64,000 nt of DNA from the human T2T-CHM13v2.0 reference genome, Homo sapiens: NCBI RefSeq assembly GCF_009914755.1, contig NC_060929.1. The stretch is one strand, 5' to 3'. Positions within the stretch are counted from its first letter, which is position 1, and the number at the start of each line of letters is the position of its first letter. The notes under the pieces are model-generated. The model saw only the letters and a program-made list of their open reading frames with translations. It ran no database searches and was not told the origin of the DNA. Below are positions 1-14,555 of the stretch, piece after piece. The position numbers and the translations under genes are program-made.

Positions 1-324
1 AACTGGGAAATATTTATTCAAACAATAGCTTTCTTCTAATAGATTATAAGTCAGTACAAATAACTAAAAAGGTCTCTTAAAATATAGTCCTAATATATAT
101 TTTACTATTAATACTATAGTTCTAATAATATCTTTACTATTACATAAAAAGGACACAGAAGTCTGCATTCGGCATAGTAAAGATTTATATTGGTTCTACA
201 TTGCTGTTATTTTTTAACAGGATGATACAAACAAATATGTTTGGTAAATGAAGTAAACTCTACATAGAATTCTTAACTTACACCAGAGGCAAACCTAAGC
301 AGTACCGTTGTTCCATCTAATTAG

Positions 325-633
<309 letters not shown>

Positions 634-1079
634 CTAATTAGTTTCTTAATTTCATGACTAAACAGGATTCTTTATGTGACTTAGATGTAATTTCTGAATT
701 TAATAGTATCTACCTTTTTGTCAACTTGAAAAGTTTTCTGTAAGGTCTTCCTTTCTGTATTATATTTACTTGAGTTTTTCAATGCCAGGAAAACATATCA
801 AAGAAAGGATAGAGATGTCACTTCAGAGTGTCCAAGTCTCCTTTTGTTAAATCACATTAAAGAGGCTTTGGGGGAAGGAGATTTCTCCAAAGACCTGAAT
901 CACGGGCAAGAGAGAATCTGCTTTTAACTTTAGGAGGAATCCCTAAAACATCAGTGTGATTTACAAAATCTCTCACTAAGAGTAAAAAAGAACTCAAGGA
1001 AGCACTTTCTTTTTTAATAGCAGAAAAGTAGAAACTTAAATGTCTGACAGAGATAGTAATTAAATTATATCTACACATA

Positions 1080-1465
1080 TCCATATTTCAAAAACATGAT
1101 ATTAAGCAAAAAAAGTTGCAAACATATACATAAAGTAGAATATCTACTTATGTAAAATTTGAAAACTCACAAAAACAACCATACATTGCTTATGGATGCA
1201 TATTCATATAATAAAAATATAAAACAGGGATGATTGAATGAAACACACCAACAAGGTGGCAGTGGTTACCAATGGGGAAGAAACGAACGTGTGAACAGAA
1301 GCTTGAGGTTCTAGTTCTATACATCTTACATTAAATAAATAAATAAATAAATAAATAAAGGCAAATGTGAATATCAACTTAATCCTAGTGGTAGATATAC
1401 ACATATGTATTTATGCTATTATGTACTTTTCCATAGGTTTGCAATATTTCATAACTAAAAATCAA
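1080..1465 (+). mobile_element. Old L1M (L1MC/ME-type) 3' end fragment with (AAAT)n
   Basis: Resembles an old L1 3' UTR (ggtggcagtggttacc..., gtttgcaatatttcataa). Boundaries approximate. Confidence 0.5.
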
Positions 1466-2009
1466 AATGAGCTAAGAAAAACATTAACTTATAGCACTTA
1501 TCACTACATTTAAAAGATGACATACTATTAGAGTTTAAAATCAAAAGCATCTTTTATTCATTAACTTTTAAATTGTTATTAATTTGTTTAATTAAATCCT
1601 TTCTTCCTCAAACTTCAGTAGACTATTTCAACGAACTCATGCTAAATCTTTATACTGCCTTAACAGTTCTAGATTTCAGCAACTTCAACTGGTTTCAGTC
1701 TTTCAACTTTTTCCCCACATAAAAGTGAAATTACTCCTGTGTGAGAGTATTCTAAGAGTGTTTTCTACTCTTGATACTTATTTCTAACCATTTTTTTCTT
1801 CACAGACTGAAAAAAAAGAGGGGCGGGGAGATTTCAGCATCCTACTTAGAAAATCTCAGTAGGATAAACCCAAATCAGTAGTTTTTTTTCCTAATAAGAA
1901 TACACTTTTTGTCAGTAACTAGACTAGTTTCTTTACTGTAAATCATCATATTCCCTAAGAAGAATACAGCAGTTGCTCGCTAGGGTTACAAAAGAAGGAT
2001 AACTAAAAT

Positions 2010-2785
2010 GAACTAGGCACTATTATGTGCAAGGAAATCTAAGCATTTTACATGAACTGTTTCATGTTATCCTCATAATAACTTTGTGAGGTAGGTACAG
2101 TCAGTTCTGCTCTAATGCTTGTTTTGAAAATGTGCATTTGTTCCAACTCAGTTGGCATATTAGGGAACAATTTGGGCATAACATGAATTTTGTGGTGATT
2201 TCTTCTGCAAGAAATACTAGGTGAAGGCATAAAAATGCACCCAGCTAAACAGAGATGTGTAGGAATACACAAAACATACATACCTCAAACATGTACTTCA
2301 GAGGTTAACATCTACATGTGTTATGCGCCATATTCATGCTCATTAGGAGGCACAACTTTCCATCCAATTTCAGATTAACCCTCTTTCTACCGCTGAACAA
2401 GTATAGCCTTTCTTCCATAAGCAAACCTCAAGTCTTTTTCAATATAAAGAGCAGTATCATTGTAGTATTTATTTGTTAACCATTTAACACGTGTAAAATT
2501 GTACTTCTGGTTTTTTTTTTTAGGTTCCTTTTTAAAAAATATGTCACCAATATAGTTTTTGAGTGTTGCCACTCTAACTGCATTTTTCTAATAATCCCTA
2601 TGGTTTTTATTGTGTGATTTTGTATAGCACAATGATTTTAGAAGCATACATGTTGCAATATAGCAAAATTGACTATATTATAATAATTCCCATTTTACAG
2701 ATGAGAAAATGAAATCTTGGATAGGTTATATGATTTGTCCAAAATCATGTAAGTGGCACAACATGATTTGAAGCCAGGCAGTCTA
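2010..2785 (-). mobile_element. MIR split by a Tigger-like insertion
   Basis: MIR motifs (atcctcataataactttgtgaggtaggta / cccattttacagatgagaaaa) lie on either side of the DNA transposon. Confidence 0.75.
2098..2675. mobile_element. TcMar-Tigger non-autonomous DNA transposon (Tigger13a-like)
   Basis: TIR cagtcagttctgct... / ...tagcaaaattgacta, flanked by TA on both sides (2096-97, 2676-77). Confidence 0.75.
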
Positions 2786-2789
2786 TTTA

Positions 2790-3545
2790 CCATATTATGC
2801 AACCACTACCACCATCCATCTCTAGAATTTTTCATCTTCCCAAATAGAAACTCTGTACTCATTAAACAATAACTCCCCATCCTGGTTCTTCTTATGTTGA
2901 GTAATTTTGGATATACAAGATACATTTGGACATTAAGAATGCCATGTATTTTAGAGACTCTGGACATAGTTAAACTCTTTGAATGAGTACAGGATTTTCA
3001 TTTGTTTTAGCAGGTAATTAACTTTGTTGGGGTTCAAGGTACAAACTCAGTCTCTTGGGTACACCTCAAATTTCAGCTTGGTTCTTTAATTCCTAGCTGT
3101 GTTTCTCTGAATCCACCCTGCATAAGTATGGTTCAGATGCCAGCCAAAAACTTAGGTACAATTACTCCCAGATTTTGAGATTCTCCCACACTGACTCTCT
3201 CCTTTCTACTATTTTTCCTTAACTTTCCAATGTCTGTAGCTTTCCTGAACTCTCTTCTCTACTTCCTCAAGCCAGAAGGACTTTGAATTTCCTTTTGGAG
3301 GTCTAGCCACTGTGCACAGTGCCAACTGCAAACTGTCCTCAGGATAAAAGCCATAAAAACAGGGAAAATAACTCTGTGCCATTTCCTTCTTCTAAGTATG
3401 AATTTCCCTCCAGATTCTCTTGCTTTTCTTTACTATTCTGTGTCTTCAGAAAGTCGTTTGTTTCTTGTATTTTTCTGGAGTTTACAGCTGTTTTCTATGG
3501 TAGGGTCAGTCTAGGATATACTCAAAACAGACTGCTAACTAATTT
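2790..3545 (-). mobile_element. Old L1 fragments (L1MB 3' piece followed by an L1M 5'-region relic)
   Basis: accatccatctctagaatttttcatcttcccaaatagaaactctgtactcattaaacaataactcccc is typical of antisense L1MB. The remainder is more diverged. Confidence 0.5.
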
Positions 3546-3974
3546 TTAAATTATTTTTTATATTAGGTCAAAAATAGTTTGAGGCAGATAAAGAAATTTA
3601 CTATTTGATTATTCTTCAAACATACAAATAAATACAATATGCTAAATCTTATAAAAATCAATTTAGACATTCTCTATAACCCTAAATAATTCAATAAAAA
3701 TTATAGAAATGCTCACTGAGGTATTTAGGCCACCGGGAATTCAGATCTACAAATAAATATCAAGACTTCACGGCAAACCAGCTACTCATCACTGTAATCG
3801 ACTCTCCCTAGCTTAGTTTTAAAGATGGCTAAAATAAATAAGTAGAGAAAACAATTCTTAGTATTTCAGTCAAAACAATTATTTTAGTCTGTCTTATATC
3901 TAATGGATTACACAAATTTTAAAAATTCTATCAAGTTGATAGTGCTTAAAACCATTCTTTAAAACTAATTTTCA

Positions 3975-4274
3975 GGCTGGGTGCAGTGGCTCACGCCTGT
4001 AATCCCAGCACTTTGGGAGGCTGAGGCAAGCGGATCACTTGAGGTCATGAGTTCAAGACCAGCCTGGCCAACATGGTGAAACCCCATCTCTACTAAAATA
4101 CAAAAAAAAATTAGCCAGGTGTGGTGGCAGACACCCATAATAAGCTACTCAGGGGGCTGAGGCAGGAGAATTGCTTGAACACGGGAGGCAGAGGTTGCAG
4201 TGAGTCGAGATCACGCCACTGTACTCCAGCCTGGGCGATAGAGGGAGACTCTGCTCCAAAACAAAACAAAAAAC
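3975..4274 (+). mobile_element. AluS
   Basis: Full dimer. TSD AACTAATTTTCA at 3963-3974 and 4275-4286. Confidence 0.95.
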
Positions 4275-4496
4275 AACTAATTTTCAGTTGCTAATTCTCT
4301 CAATCTCCTCTTCTTGAGAAATATTCAAAAACAGAGAACAACTCTTCAAGACACTATTAATCTATTTTCATATTTAATCACTTAAAAACAATGAGCTACA
4401 TAAAAATTTGTGATTAAAAAAAATCACTGTGTTTTCACCATTAGGTGGTGAGGCCTATTGTAGTTTCCTAGAAGTATCATTCTAAAATATAAAATA

Positions 4497-4811
<315 letters not shown>

Positions 4812-5514
4812 TTAATAATAGAGATCAAGAAAAAAAAAAAAAAAACCTGAGTGCAAACTAGTTGTCTTCAAATTCACTGGGTAAAAAGACATGAAACATG
4901 CTCTACAATAAACAGTACTACATTTCATTATTGGTTATTCACAGCTACAAAGAAAAGAGCCAAAGAAAGAAGCTTTACTTAGTTTGATTAAGTCTTGATT
5001 GACATTTGATTTTGGTATTACTTTAACAATAATCCATAAGCTAGATATATTTAGAGTGGCCAAACCAGACAGAAAAAAATCCTAAGAGTCTAGGTATCAT
5101 ATTGACTTTTGCCATACCACAGGGATTTAGTGAACACCATGGAGTTTCAGGCTAAAACTCCCTCTATTTTATCAAGAAACATGAAACTCAACAGCAAACA
5201 TAGGTCTTTCTTTACTCAGTTTTTAGAAAGCATCTCAATGTATGAAGAAATCTACAGACACTTGGAAAGGATTAACTGATTCCTTTTAAAGATGACTTAA
5301 AATGTAAAGACAAAATCTAAATAATGGAAATATGCTCCATTATTTGCAATTATCTGGTTACAAATCTTGTAGATGAATCAGCAAAAGCTATAATAAGATA
5401 ACTCATATCACGATTAGGGATGAAGATAATCCCAAAGCATATAGAAATGAATTTGAGGAATCGACCTAAGGATTCTGAAAGGCAAACATTAGTTTACTAG
5501 AAAATAAGTGTGGT

Positions 5515-5815
5515 CTATGGGGAAGCAGGAAAGGCAGACAGAGAGGGAGACACATATAGAGAGATACACAGCAAATACAAAAAGAGAGAAACAAACAGGG
5601 ATGGAAGAGAAAGGAGACAATGACAAACACACTGGACTGTAGTACGGGGGCGGGGCACGAAGGGATGAAGGATGTCAGAGAGATATCTAGGCAGAAAGAG
5701 TTTTGGGGAAGGGGACAAAAACAAAGAGAGGGGAGGTGGAGAAAAAAAATCACAAAGGCAAAAGTAAGAGTCAGAGGAAAAGTGAAAATTAGAGAAAAAT
5801 AGATAGGACACAGAG
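5515..5815 (+). repeat. GA-rich low-complexity tract
   Basis: Strong purine skew over about 300 bp. Confidence 0.6.
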
Positions 5816-6126
5816 CATAAAGCTTCCCAAGAAGCCTAGCTGCAAATGAGCAAGAATCTTTTTCCAATTTACTAAACAGGTAAGTCCACTCACAGAGAAT
5901 AGCAATTCAGATATAGGAAAAGTCCCTATTTCGTACATGGAAGCAAAAATGATTCCTCTTATTAACAGCTGCTCAAAAAGTCAATGGACTTAAAAAATGA
6001 ATATTCTAAACTGCAAATCTGGTAAATTATACTACTATTAAAAGTGGTTTCCCTTTCCTCTGCAGGACAAGGTCCATACTACTTAGCAGAGCATACAAGC
6101 CACTCCATGCGTTCAAACTGCAAAAT

Positions 6127-6501
6127 GTCTTAGTCCATTTGGGCTACTGTTAGAAAATACCATAAACTGGGAAGCCTATTAATAATATAATTAATAATAA
6201 AAATTTATTTCTCACAGTTCTGGAGGCTGGGAAATCCAAGATCAAGGTACCCACAGTTCTGGTGTCTAGTGAGCACCCATTTTCTAATTTACAGATAGCA
6301 CCTTCTCACTGTGTCCTCACATGGCAGAAGCAGCAAGCTAGCTCTCAGGGATCTCTTTTCTAAGAGCATAAAGTTCATTTATAAAGGCTCCACCCTTATG
6401 ACCTAATCACCTCCCAAAGGTCCTACCTCCTAATACCATCACATGGGTGATCAGGTTTCACCACATGAACTTTGGGGGATATAAACTTTCAGACCATTGT
6501 A
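6127..6501 (-). mobile_element. MLT1A-type MaLR solo LTR
   Basis: tgtcttagtccatttgggct...tttatttctcacagttctggaggctgggaaatccaagatcaagg...ttcagaccattgta. Confidence 0.85.
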
Positions 6502-6714
6502 CCTGCCATTCTGGACTCACCTTCAAAAAGTTTCCCAGAAACACCAAGCTGTTTCTTGACTCTGACCCTGTGCTTTCCTCTTTCTGTACAGTAAACCACT
6601 CTTACAAGCCCTTAGTCAAGAGTTTCATCCTTTATAAAATTTTCTCTGACCTCACATCGACTTCAGACTTTATAATTCGTCTAGAATTCCACTGTATGTC
6701 AATACTTCTGCTAC

Positions 6715-6855
6715 AGCATTAACACACACTATTTCATTTTTTAATCTGTTTTCTCTCTTACTAGACTAGAATGTCATCTGTTTGCACTAGTATCATCTAA
6801 CATAGAACCTGAAACAAACAGGCACCTAGAAATTGTTGAATGGTCAGACTAATGA
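6715..6855 (+). mobile_element. L2 3' end fragment
   Basis: ctgttttctctcttactagactaga...catagaacctgaaacaaacaggcacctagaaattgttgaatg. Confidence 0.55.
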
Positions 6856-6933
6856 AGGCACAGACCCCCGCTGTTTGATCAGAGTGAAGAGGAAAGTACG
6901 TATTAGATAGGTTGACTAACATTTGCCTCTCAC

Positions 6934-7110
6934 CTGTTTGGAGTTGGTTAAATACAATTTTGCTCCCAGATTTAATATCTGCAGTTTTACCAGATCATCT
7001 TCACTAGTGAAGCTTTTAGCCATCTTCCTCAAAACATCAGGGGCAATTTTAGGAACTCGTTCACAGTTTTCTCCAATTAGCCAAAGAATACTTGCTCTAG
7101 CAACAGGAAC
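6934..7110 (-). CDS. AP3B1: AP3B1 coding exon (probable exon 15, 177 bp, phase 0/0)
   Basis: catattag|GTT...CAG|gtgaga. Encodes [59 protein letters not shown]. Confidence 0.96.
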
Positions 7111-7394
7111 CTAATATGAGAAGCAGATTACATAGTTAGAAGTAAGTTAATCATACTCTAATATTAACATAGAAAAGGTTTTAACTATTACAAAAGTTTT
7201 ACAGCTATTAATTAATTTAATGTATATCTAGGAATTAATCCTGTATTTATGAATTTTCGTCAGTTATCAAAAAATAAACACATAGGAAATCTCATTAAAA
7301 TTGATTTCGAAGAGAATATCTTAGAAAATATTCATACAGCAAAAACCGATGGTCTAGAATCTAGATTCTATCAGAGACGAACAAATTCTAGAAG

Positions 7395-7547
7395 CCAGTC
7401 TAGCTGCCCATACCTATTTGTTTCTCCATTATCTGTTGCTGCTTTTGTGCTATAATGGCAGAAATAGTTACAGTGAAGACCATATGGTCCTCAAAGCCAA
7501 AAATATTGACTGTCTAGCAATTTATAGAAATGGTTTGCTGACCCCTG
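7395..7547. mobile_element. MER58-like hAT-Charlie fragment
   Basis: Ends ...aatttatagaaatggtttgctgacccctg followed by ctctagaa. Confidence 0.7.
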
Positions 7548-7555
7548 CTCTAGAA

Positions 7556-7740
7556 CAGCAGTTCCCAAACCTCAATGCCCACAAAAATCATCCAGGGTTC
7601 TTACTAAAAAGACAGGTCCTGGGATCAGCTCCAAAATAGTATTTCTGTGGTGGGGCCCAGAAATCTATGTTTTAATTTAAAAAGCATCACAGATGACTCC
7701 TGAGACAGGTGGTCCACAAAGCCCATTTGAGAACCCACAG
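7556..7740. mobile_element. MER5-like hAT-Charlie element
   Basis: cagcagttcccaaac...ggggcccagaaatctatgttttaa...tttgagaacccac. Confidence 0.7.
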
Positions 7741-9509
7741 ATAATACAGAAAAAGAAACAGATCAATTAGGTACTATGATTCCAAATCAAAACTGTTTTT
7801 GCTCTTTATGTATTAGCATCTACAACACTGGAAATATATCAAACTGATAAGATCATCAAGGTCTGCTTATAAAATCATGAATCCCAGTCTATTATTTGGT
7901 CAACAAAAGAAACAGGGATAAATTTGTCCAATATTGCATTTTGGCACTATATTTTTAAATAAACTGCATTTCAATATAATTTATGTTCTTAAAAGTCACT
8001 GCTTTGTGACAAATTGGAAACCTTCCATCAGTACCATTAAGACCAACAATTTAGAGTATGCAAATTAGTTTTATTACTATTTGCTTATTTGCATCCTCCC
8101 CTATTCCAAAAGGAATTTGAGAGGGTGTGTAAATTCATTTCAGTGAACATTTTCACCTCGCACAGAAAATTTGTTTTTTATAATAAGTGAAAAGGCTGAC
8201 AGCTATCATTAAAAGGTGGCATCACGAGGAAAGATAATGTTCTTTTTATGAAGTCCTTTTACAATTTCTCAAAGTCCTAATATTTTCTGTAGTTTCATGG
8301 CTATACATAGTAGGATTGTTAAAGAAAAAAGTGAGAATAAGGACCTTTCCATAGCTAAAATTTTATCACAATATCTACCATTGCAAAATCTTTCAAAACA
8401 CCCACATTATGAAATTATATAAAAATATTAAGTTACAATATTGAGTCCTTCACTAGAATCAGAATGAGATGATCAAAAAAGCTTTTAAATAAAAAGGTAT
8501 ATATTTTAAAACAGTGTAACAGCATGTCTTTAAATTATTATTTAGCATGTTTGGTGAGACACAAGAAATCCATATACTTGTGCAATTAGAAAAAGGTCTA
8601 AGTGCTATTAAAAATCTATTCATGCAGTGTGATAAAACTGATGCCCTTACTGCATACTGATTTCTGGAAAGAAAAGAGGTTATTTCTAACGTTCCAAAGG
8701 TTACACTGCATTAAGACCTTACTCCCAATCTATTATTTTAAATTGGGCTAAAGAATAGTAATTGAGTGGTACATTAAATTTTCCAGTATAGAGGAATTCA
8801 AGTTGCCTGCCATAATGAAAGGTAGTTCTAAATAAGAATATATGTGCAACTTCAAATTTCAGTTATGCTAGATTTATTTTTCTTAAATATTTTATTATAT
8901 ATTGCTAGTATAAAAATCAGAATTCTATGACATACCATAATCTATTATCCCATTTTAAGTAATTTTCTTCTGGTAACAATCTTTTGCAATTAAAAAGACG
9001 ATCCCAAAAACAAGTAATGTTTAAAGAGATTGTTTATATTCATGAATATACTAAAATTAAAATTAAAATATTGGAATACTGTAAACACTCACGATACATA
9101 TATTTAAAATACAACTCTTTGAAAAAATTAAAAATCAATAAATCACAATGCTCACAATAAAAATCTCAAGATGGTGGTGAGAATAAGATTTGTAGTTTTC
9201 TAGAACTGAGCTAATAAAATCCCCAAGAATTTTTAAAACTTAGAAAACTTCACCACAAGAAATAATATCAATATAAATATACCAAACTTTTGGTGATGGC
9301 ATTGTATTACAAAGCTTAGGAAACTGACAAAGACAACATTTTTGAGCAGGTGGATGGGATCAGAATACTAAGATTTTTGGATTCCAGCTTTCCCTTTCTC
9401 TTCCCATTAAGCAACAGGACTCTCATTTATACACCATTGACACTATGAATTCACAGCCACTACTTTCAAAGATTTGAAGCACCTGAAAAAAAGGCAAGTA
9501 AGAAAATTA

Positions 9510-9815
<306 letters not shown>

Positions 9816-10609
9816 TTAGTCACTTTTTGTTCCCCATGGTCTTTTTAACCACAAAATAAATAGGAACACTGAAATAAAACCAAACTAATAATACACACAC
9901 AGACACAGACACAGGTACAGACACACACACAGAGTCATACATATGATATAATACTTTCATTATGAAGCTCTGCTTTTCAATATTCTCAAAGACAAATTGG
10001 ATTGTAAATGACTTTGCCTGATTCTTTATTCTAAATGCCCTGAGAAAGTGATTAAATGCACTTTTCAAACCTTGTACTAGAAGGCAGTTTCCACGGCCAC
10101 CACAACCCATTAATTTGCCAGCAAAAACAAATAATGATTCCTAGCTCACCACAGCAGCTATAGAAAGACATCTAGAAAGATTTTGCAGATCACTCTGTAA
10201 GCAGTTCAATTTAAAAGCTATTGTGTTTCAACACCAGCCCACTGCACAGTGCAACAGTCCAAAGTAAACCCTACAAAAACATCAATTTCATTTATTTAAA
10301 TTTGTCAAAGGCAAAATCAGTAGACATCTAAGCAAACTGCATACCAACAGCAAATCAGATCTAATACTCTGTATCTGGACTCAATATGCATTAAAGCCTA
10401 AGCCTGAATTACAATGGGGTGCCAGAGAAAGGGTGGGTAACTTGTGAAATGGCAGGCATCCTGTGAGGCATCTGGGCAACAAGGATACAAAGTGCTATTT
10501 CAATATTACTCAGTTTTTACAGAATAACATCTTTCAGTTGTTAAGATATGAAATCCCATCTGTCCCATTAAACATTATGTGAAATCCTGTCAGAGCAATC
10601 CACAGGTAG

Positions 10610-10807
<198 letters not shown>

Positions 10808-11049
10808 TAGAAGAACTCCAAAACCAGTATTTATCATAAATGAAGGATACGCCAAAGGACAGAATACTCACAATCAGAACATGTAAGTTGACTGTATTAC
10901 AGACATAAATCTATTTGATTTGACCGAATTCAAAATGTAAAATACATTTAAACTTTAGTTTTTATATTTTCAATTATTACTAAATAACCAATTAAAACAA
11001 AGCCCTCAATATGATAAAATCTATGTTCTCTTTTTAAAACAAATTACAT

Positions 11050-11285
11050 AGCTAATATCTATTGAGCTCTTACCATGTGCCATGCACTGTTTTTGAGAGC
11101 TTTACGTATTTTCTCAGTCATTCATCGCCAAAGCCCTATGAAGTATGCTCTACTATGATCTGCACTAGACATATGAGGAAACTAGGTAACAAATGAGTTA
11201 AGAAACTTGCCCACATCTCACAGCTGGTTAGTGGTGGAACTAGGATCAGAACTCCAAATCTGAATCCAAAATTCATACTGGATCA
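11050..11285 (-). mobile_element. MIR
   Basis: tattgagctcttaccatgtgcca...atgaggaaact...aacttgccca...acagctggttagtgg. Confidence 0.75.
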
Positions 11286-12199
11286 CTGGGTAGCGACAAA
11301 ATGAGTGTGGTAAACTAGGAAGAATACTGGTCAGCAAGCTGTTGAGACCGGTTCTGATCCCACACTGATGGTGTTACATCAAGGAGGCAATTAACTTCAC
11401 CTCACTGGGGTCATATTTACTTATTAATCAGATGAAGGATTATTCCTTCATCCTCTGTTTGTCTGCCACATTGTGCAATGGCTCCCTTAGTGCCTCCTGC
11501 CATTTCCCCAAGAGCCAGATTTTCAGGGCAGACCCAGGCCATCCTCTTGCCTGTTCCCACACCCGTGTATAGTGGGACATTTTCCCACTTCTTTCACCTC
11601 TTCTTTTAAGGATAGGTAAGGTGGCCAGGTGGGAAGAGGTCTTGCTATCACTTCTGTTCTCTCTCCTTCCAGAAGAAAGATGGACCCAGGATTCTGCCCT
11701 AATAAAGTGGCTCAGGCACTGAAGGAAAACATGCTCAATATTGACCCATTGTCCTTAGATATTGGACAGACTGGCTTTTCCTAAAATTGCAGTGTTTTAG
11801 AATGACACTCCTGGGTTTGATGGTGAAATAGGTAGAGATTCAGGAGGACAGAAGTCTCATTTAAGGCTCTTATTTTAAGGCTCACATTTTAAAATCACTT
11901 GCCTACGTTTAGGAGTTATCAGGTACTTGGTCGGATTAATAAAACACTGCTTTTATTTCCACATGGCCATTGTTCTTGTATAAACAGCTCTCCTGACTGG
12001 AACAGAGAGATTCTGGGGATTCAATCATTCTTCTTTCCTGACTTTGAAGTTATGTCTGCTACATCCCTCATCACCTTCTCCTGGGGTAACTTGTGGTTGA
12101 CCATTTTGAGGGTTCTGCACAACAAATTGTTTTGATTCTTCCTTGCTTGTCCCACCTTCAAGCACTTCAGTTTCCTCAGATACGTTAGATGAGCAGTAA

Positions 12200-13430
12200 C
12201 AACTAATTATCAGCTTTTCATTCTCCTTAAGTTCAAATGTGTGCTGTAGAATTCCATACAGCTTTCTTGTATTTTAATTTCTTTTATTATCATATTCCAG
12301 ATTTGTCTACTTTTGTTACCTCTCTCTGCTTCATAATAATTAGAAGGGAATTTTGTTTTATTTTCTTTCCAAAAGACCAGATTTAACATGTACTTTTCAA
12401 CTCATATATATTTTTTGTATTCTATTTTACAAAATCAGCATTGATCCCTCTTCTGTTTTGATTCGTTTTTCTTTTATTTTATATCCCTATACTTTAAAAA
12501 TGGTGATCTTTATAACTTTAGCCATGTCCTACATGTTTTGAAATAAAGCATTTTATTTCCTGGGTTTTAGAAAAAAGTTTGCATTTCTTCTTTAAATGCA
12601 TTCTTTAATCTGAAAGTACATTTCTTACTTTACAACTGGTCTGGTACCCTTTTAAATTATTTAAGTCTCATTTCATTGCTTAAGGTCAAAGAATGCAAAA
12701 TCTTTAAGCTTCCTTTATGCCTAAATACATTCTTGATTTTTTGAAAATATTCACTGGATATACTCCTAAAAGTGGGTATTATCTGTTCAAGAGATATAAG
12801 GTTTTAGCTATATTTACTAAATAAGTTTTTGATTACTTAATTTTCTTACTTATATCTGTCTACTAGGAATATCTAATATGAGAGAAATACATTACAGTCA
12901 CACATTGTAACTATTTTATCAATTTCTCCTCACATTTTGAATAGATTTTTCCTTTACATATTTATTTGGTTGCCATATTTTTTGTGCAAATAGGTTTGTG
13001 CTTATTACTTTCTTTACAAATTACCCTTTTTTCATTTTATAATGTTCCTTTTTATCTTGTTAAATGCTTTTAATTAACTGTAAATCTCACTTTCTTGTTC
13101 ATATTTGCTTAATATCTCTTTCCTTACCTTCTTATTTTCAACTTTTATCACTTGATTAAGGTGCTTTAACTATAAATGGCCTGTAGCTAGTTTTTGTTTT
13201 TATTCCAATTTGTAAGTCTGTCTTTTGATGAGAAAATTCAGTCCATTCATATTCAAGATGAGAAATATTTGATTTTATTTCTTCCATCTTTATTACTTTT
13301 AAATACTTATTATTTATTTTACATTTGTTTTCTTTCTTTCTTATTTTTTTTCTGGCTTTGTAAAACTGCTATTTGTTCCTTTATTTTCCTTTGTGAATAC
13401 TGAATTCTCACCATATTTTTGTATCTATTA
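12200..13430 (-). mobile_element. Highly diverged L1M ORF2 5' (endonuclease-region) relic
   Basis: T-rich and collinear with the L1 at about 18900-19430 (e.g. gtctgtcttttgatgagaaaattcagtccattcatattc). Confidence 0.55.
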
Positions 13431-13545
13431 ATGGTTATCTTCTGAGAAAAACAAAAGCTGAAAAAAATAAGCTTTGCTATATAGAGCTGTAAGACTGTAC
13501 TTATTTGGCTTATAGTCCAGCAACTGTTGAGAAAGTTGATGCATC

Positions 13546-13860
<315 letters not shown>

Positions 13861-14483
13861 GAAAGTTTACACATCGAAAGTATCTTCTGTATCCCTGGAC
13901 ATGAATATACTCAAATAGAAGAAAGTTTTCTTCCAAGAAAGCCTAGGGTTTGCCAGATACAGGCCTCATACACTGTTACAGGTTTTATGTATAGCAGCTG
14001 CACTCTCCTGAAGCCCTAGTACTTATAATTGCCTCTTCCTTTCTAAACAGGACCAGAACGAGTTTACTAGCACAAGTTTTAACTAAATTTTGCACAAGAA
14101 GTCTGGGGAGATACAGAACTCCTAGTTCCTTCTCATAATCAGATACATACTTCTCTACCATTACCTGTAAACAAGGTATTAACTATTTCCCTCACTAAAA
14201 CCCATGGTTTTCACCTCAAGATAATTATTTTTACCTTACTACTTTTTGAACACCAGATGAGACTACCATAATAATTTCACTTCTCTCCACTCTCTTCCTC
14301 CCACAAAACCTTTAACATTCTTTTATTCTGACCTCCATTTAATCTCATTCCTCAGTTTTCCTGAATATTCAATGTTTTTAGTTCTAGGTTAATAGAATTT
14401 TCCTTATATTATGCCCCCTTCTTTATCAAGAGTTCAAATTTAGCACTTTGGTTAGACATTCCTAGTCTATTGCTATACATTTA

Positions 14484-14555
14484 TTAGGTTGGTGCAAAGG
14501 AATTGAGGTTTTTGCCATTGTGGTAAAAACCACAATTATTTTTGCACCAACCTCA
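14484..14555. mobile_element. MADE1 (Hsmar1-derived MITE)
   Basis: TTAGGTTGGTGCAAA...TTTTTGCCA / TGGTAAAAACC...TTTTGCACCAACCTCA palindrome flanked by TA. Confidence 0.9.

Noticed and set aside
83-142. Imperfect ~32-bp tandem duplication
   Set aside because: AT-rich, degenerate and only two copies; uninformative.
5466-5885. Hydrophobic 133-aa ORF and a plus-strand CAG|GTAAGT donor at 5877-5885
   Set aside because: The ORF comes from a GA-rich low-complexity tract, and one consensus 9-mer is expected by chance. No other antisense gene evidence.
6923-7114. 63-aa plus-strand ORF
   Set aside because: Antisense shadow of AP3B1 exon 15.
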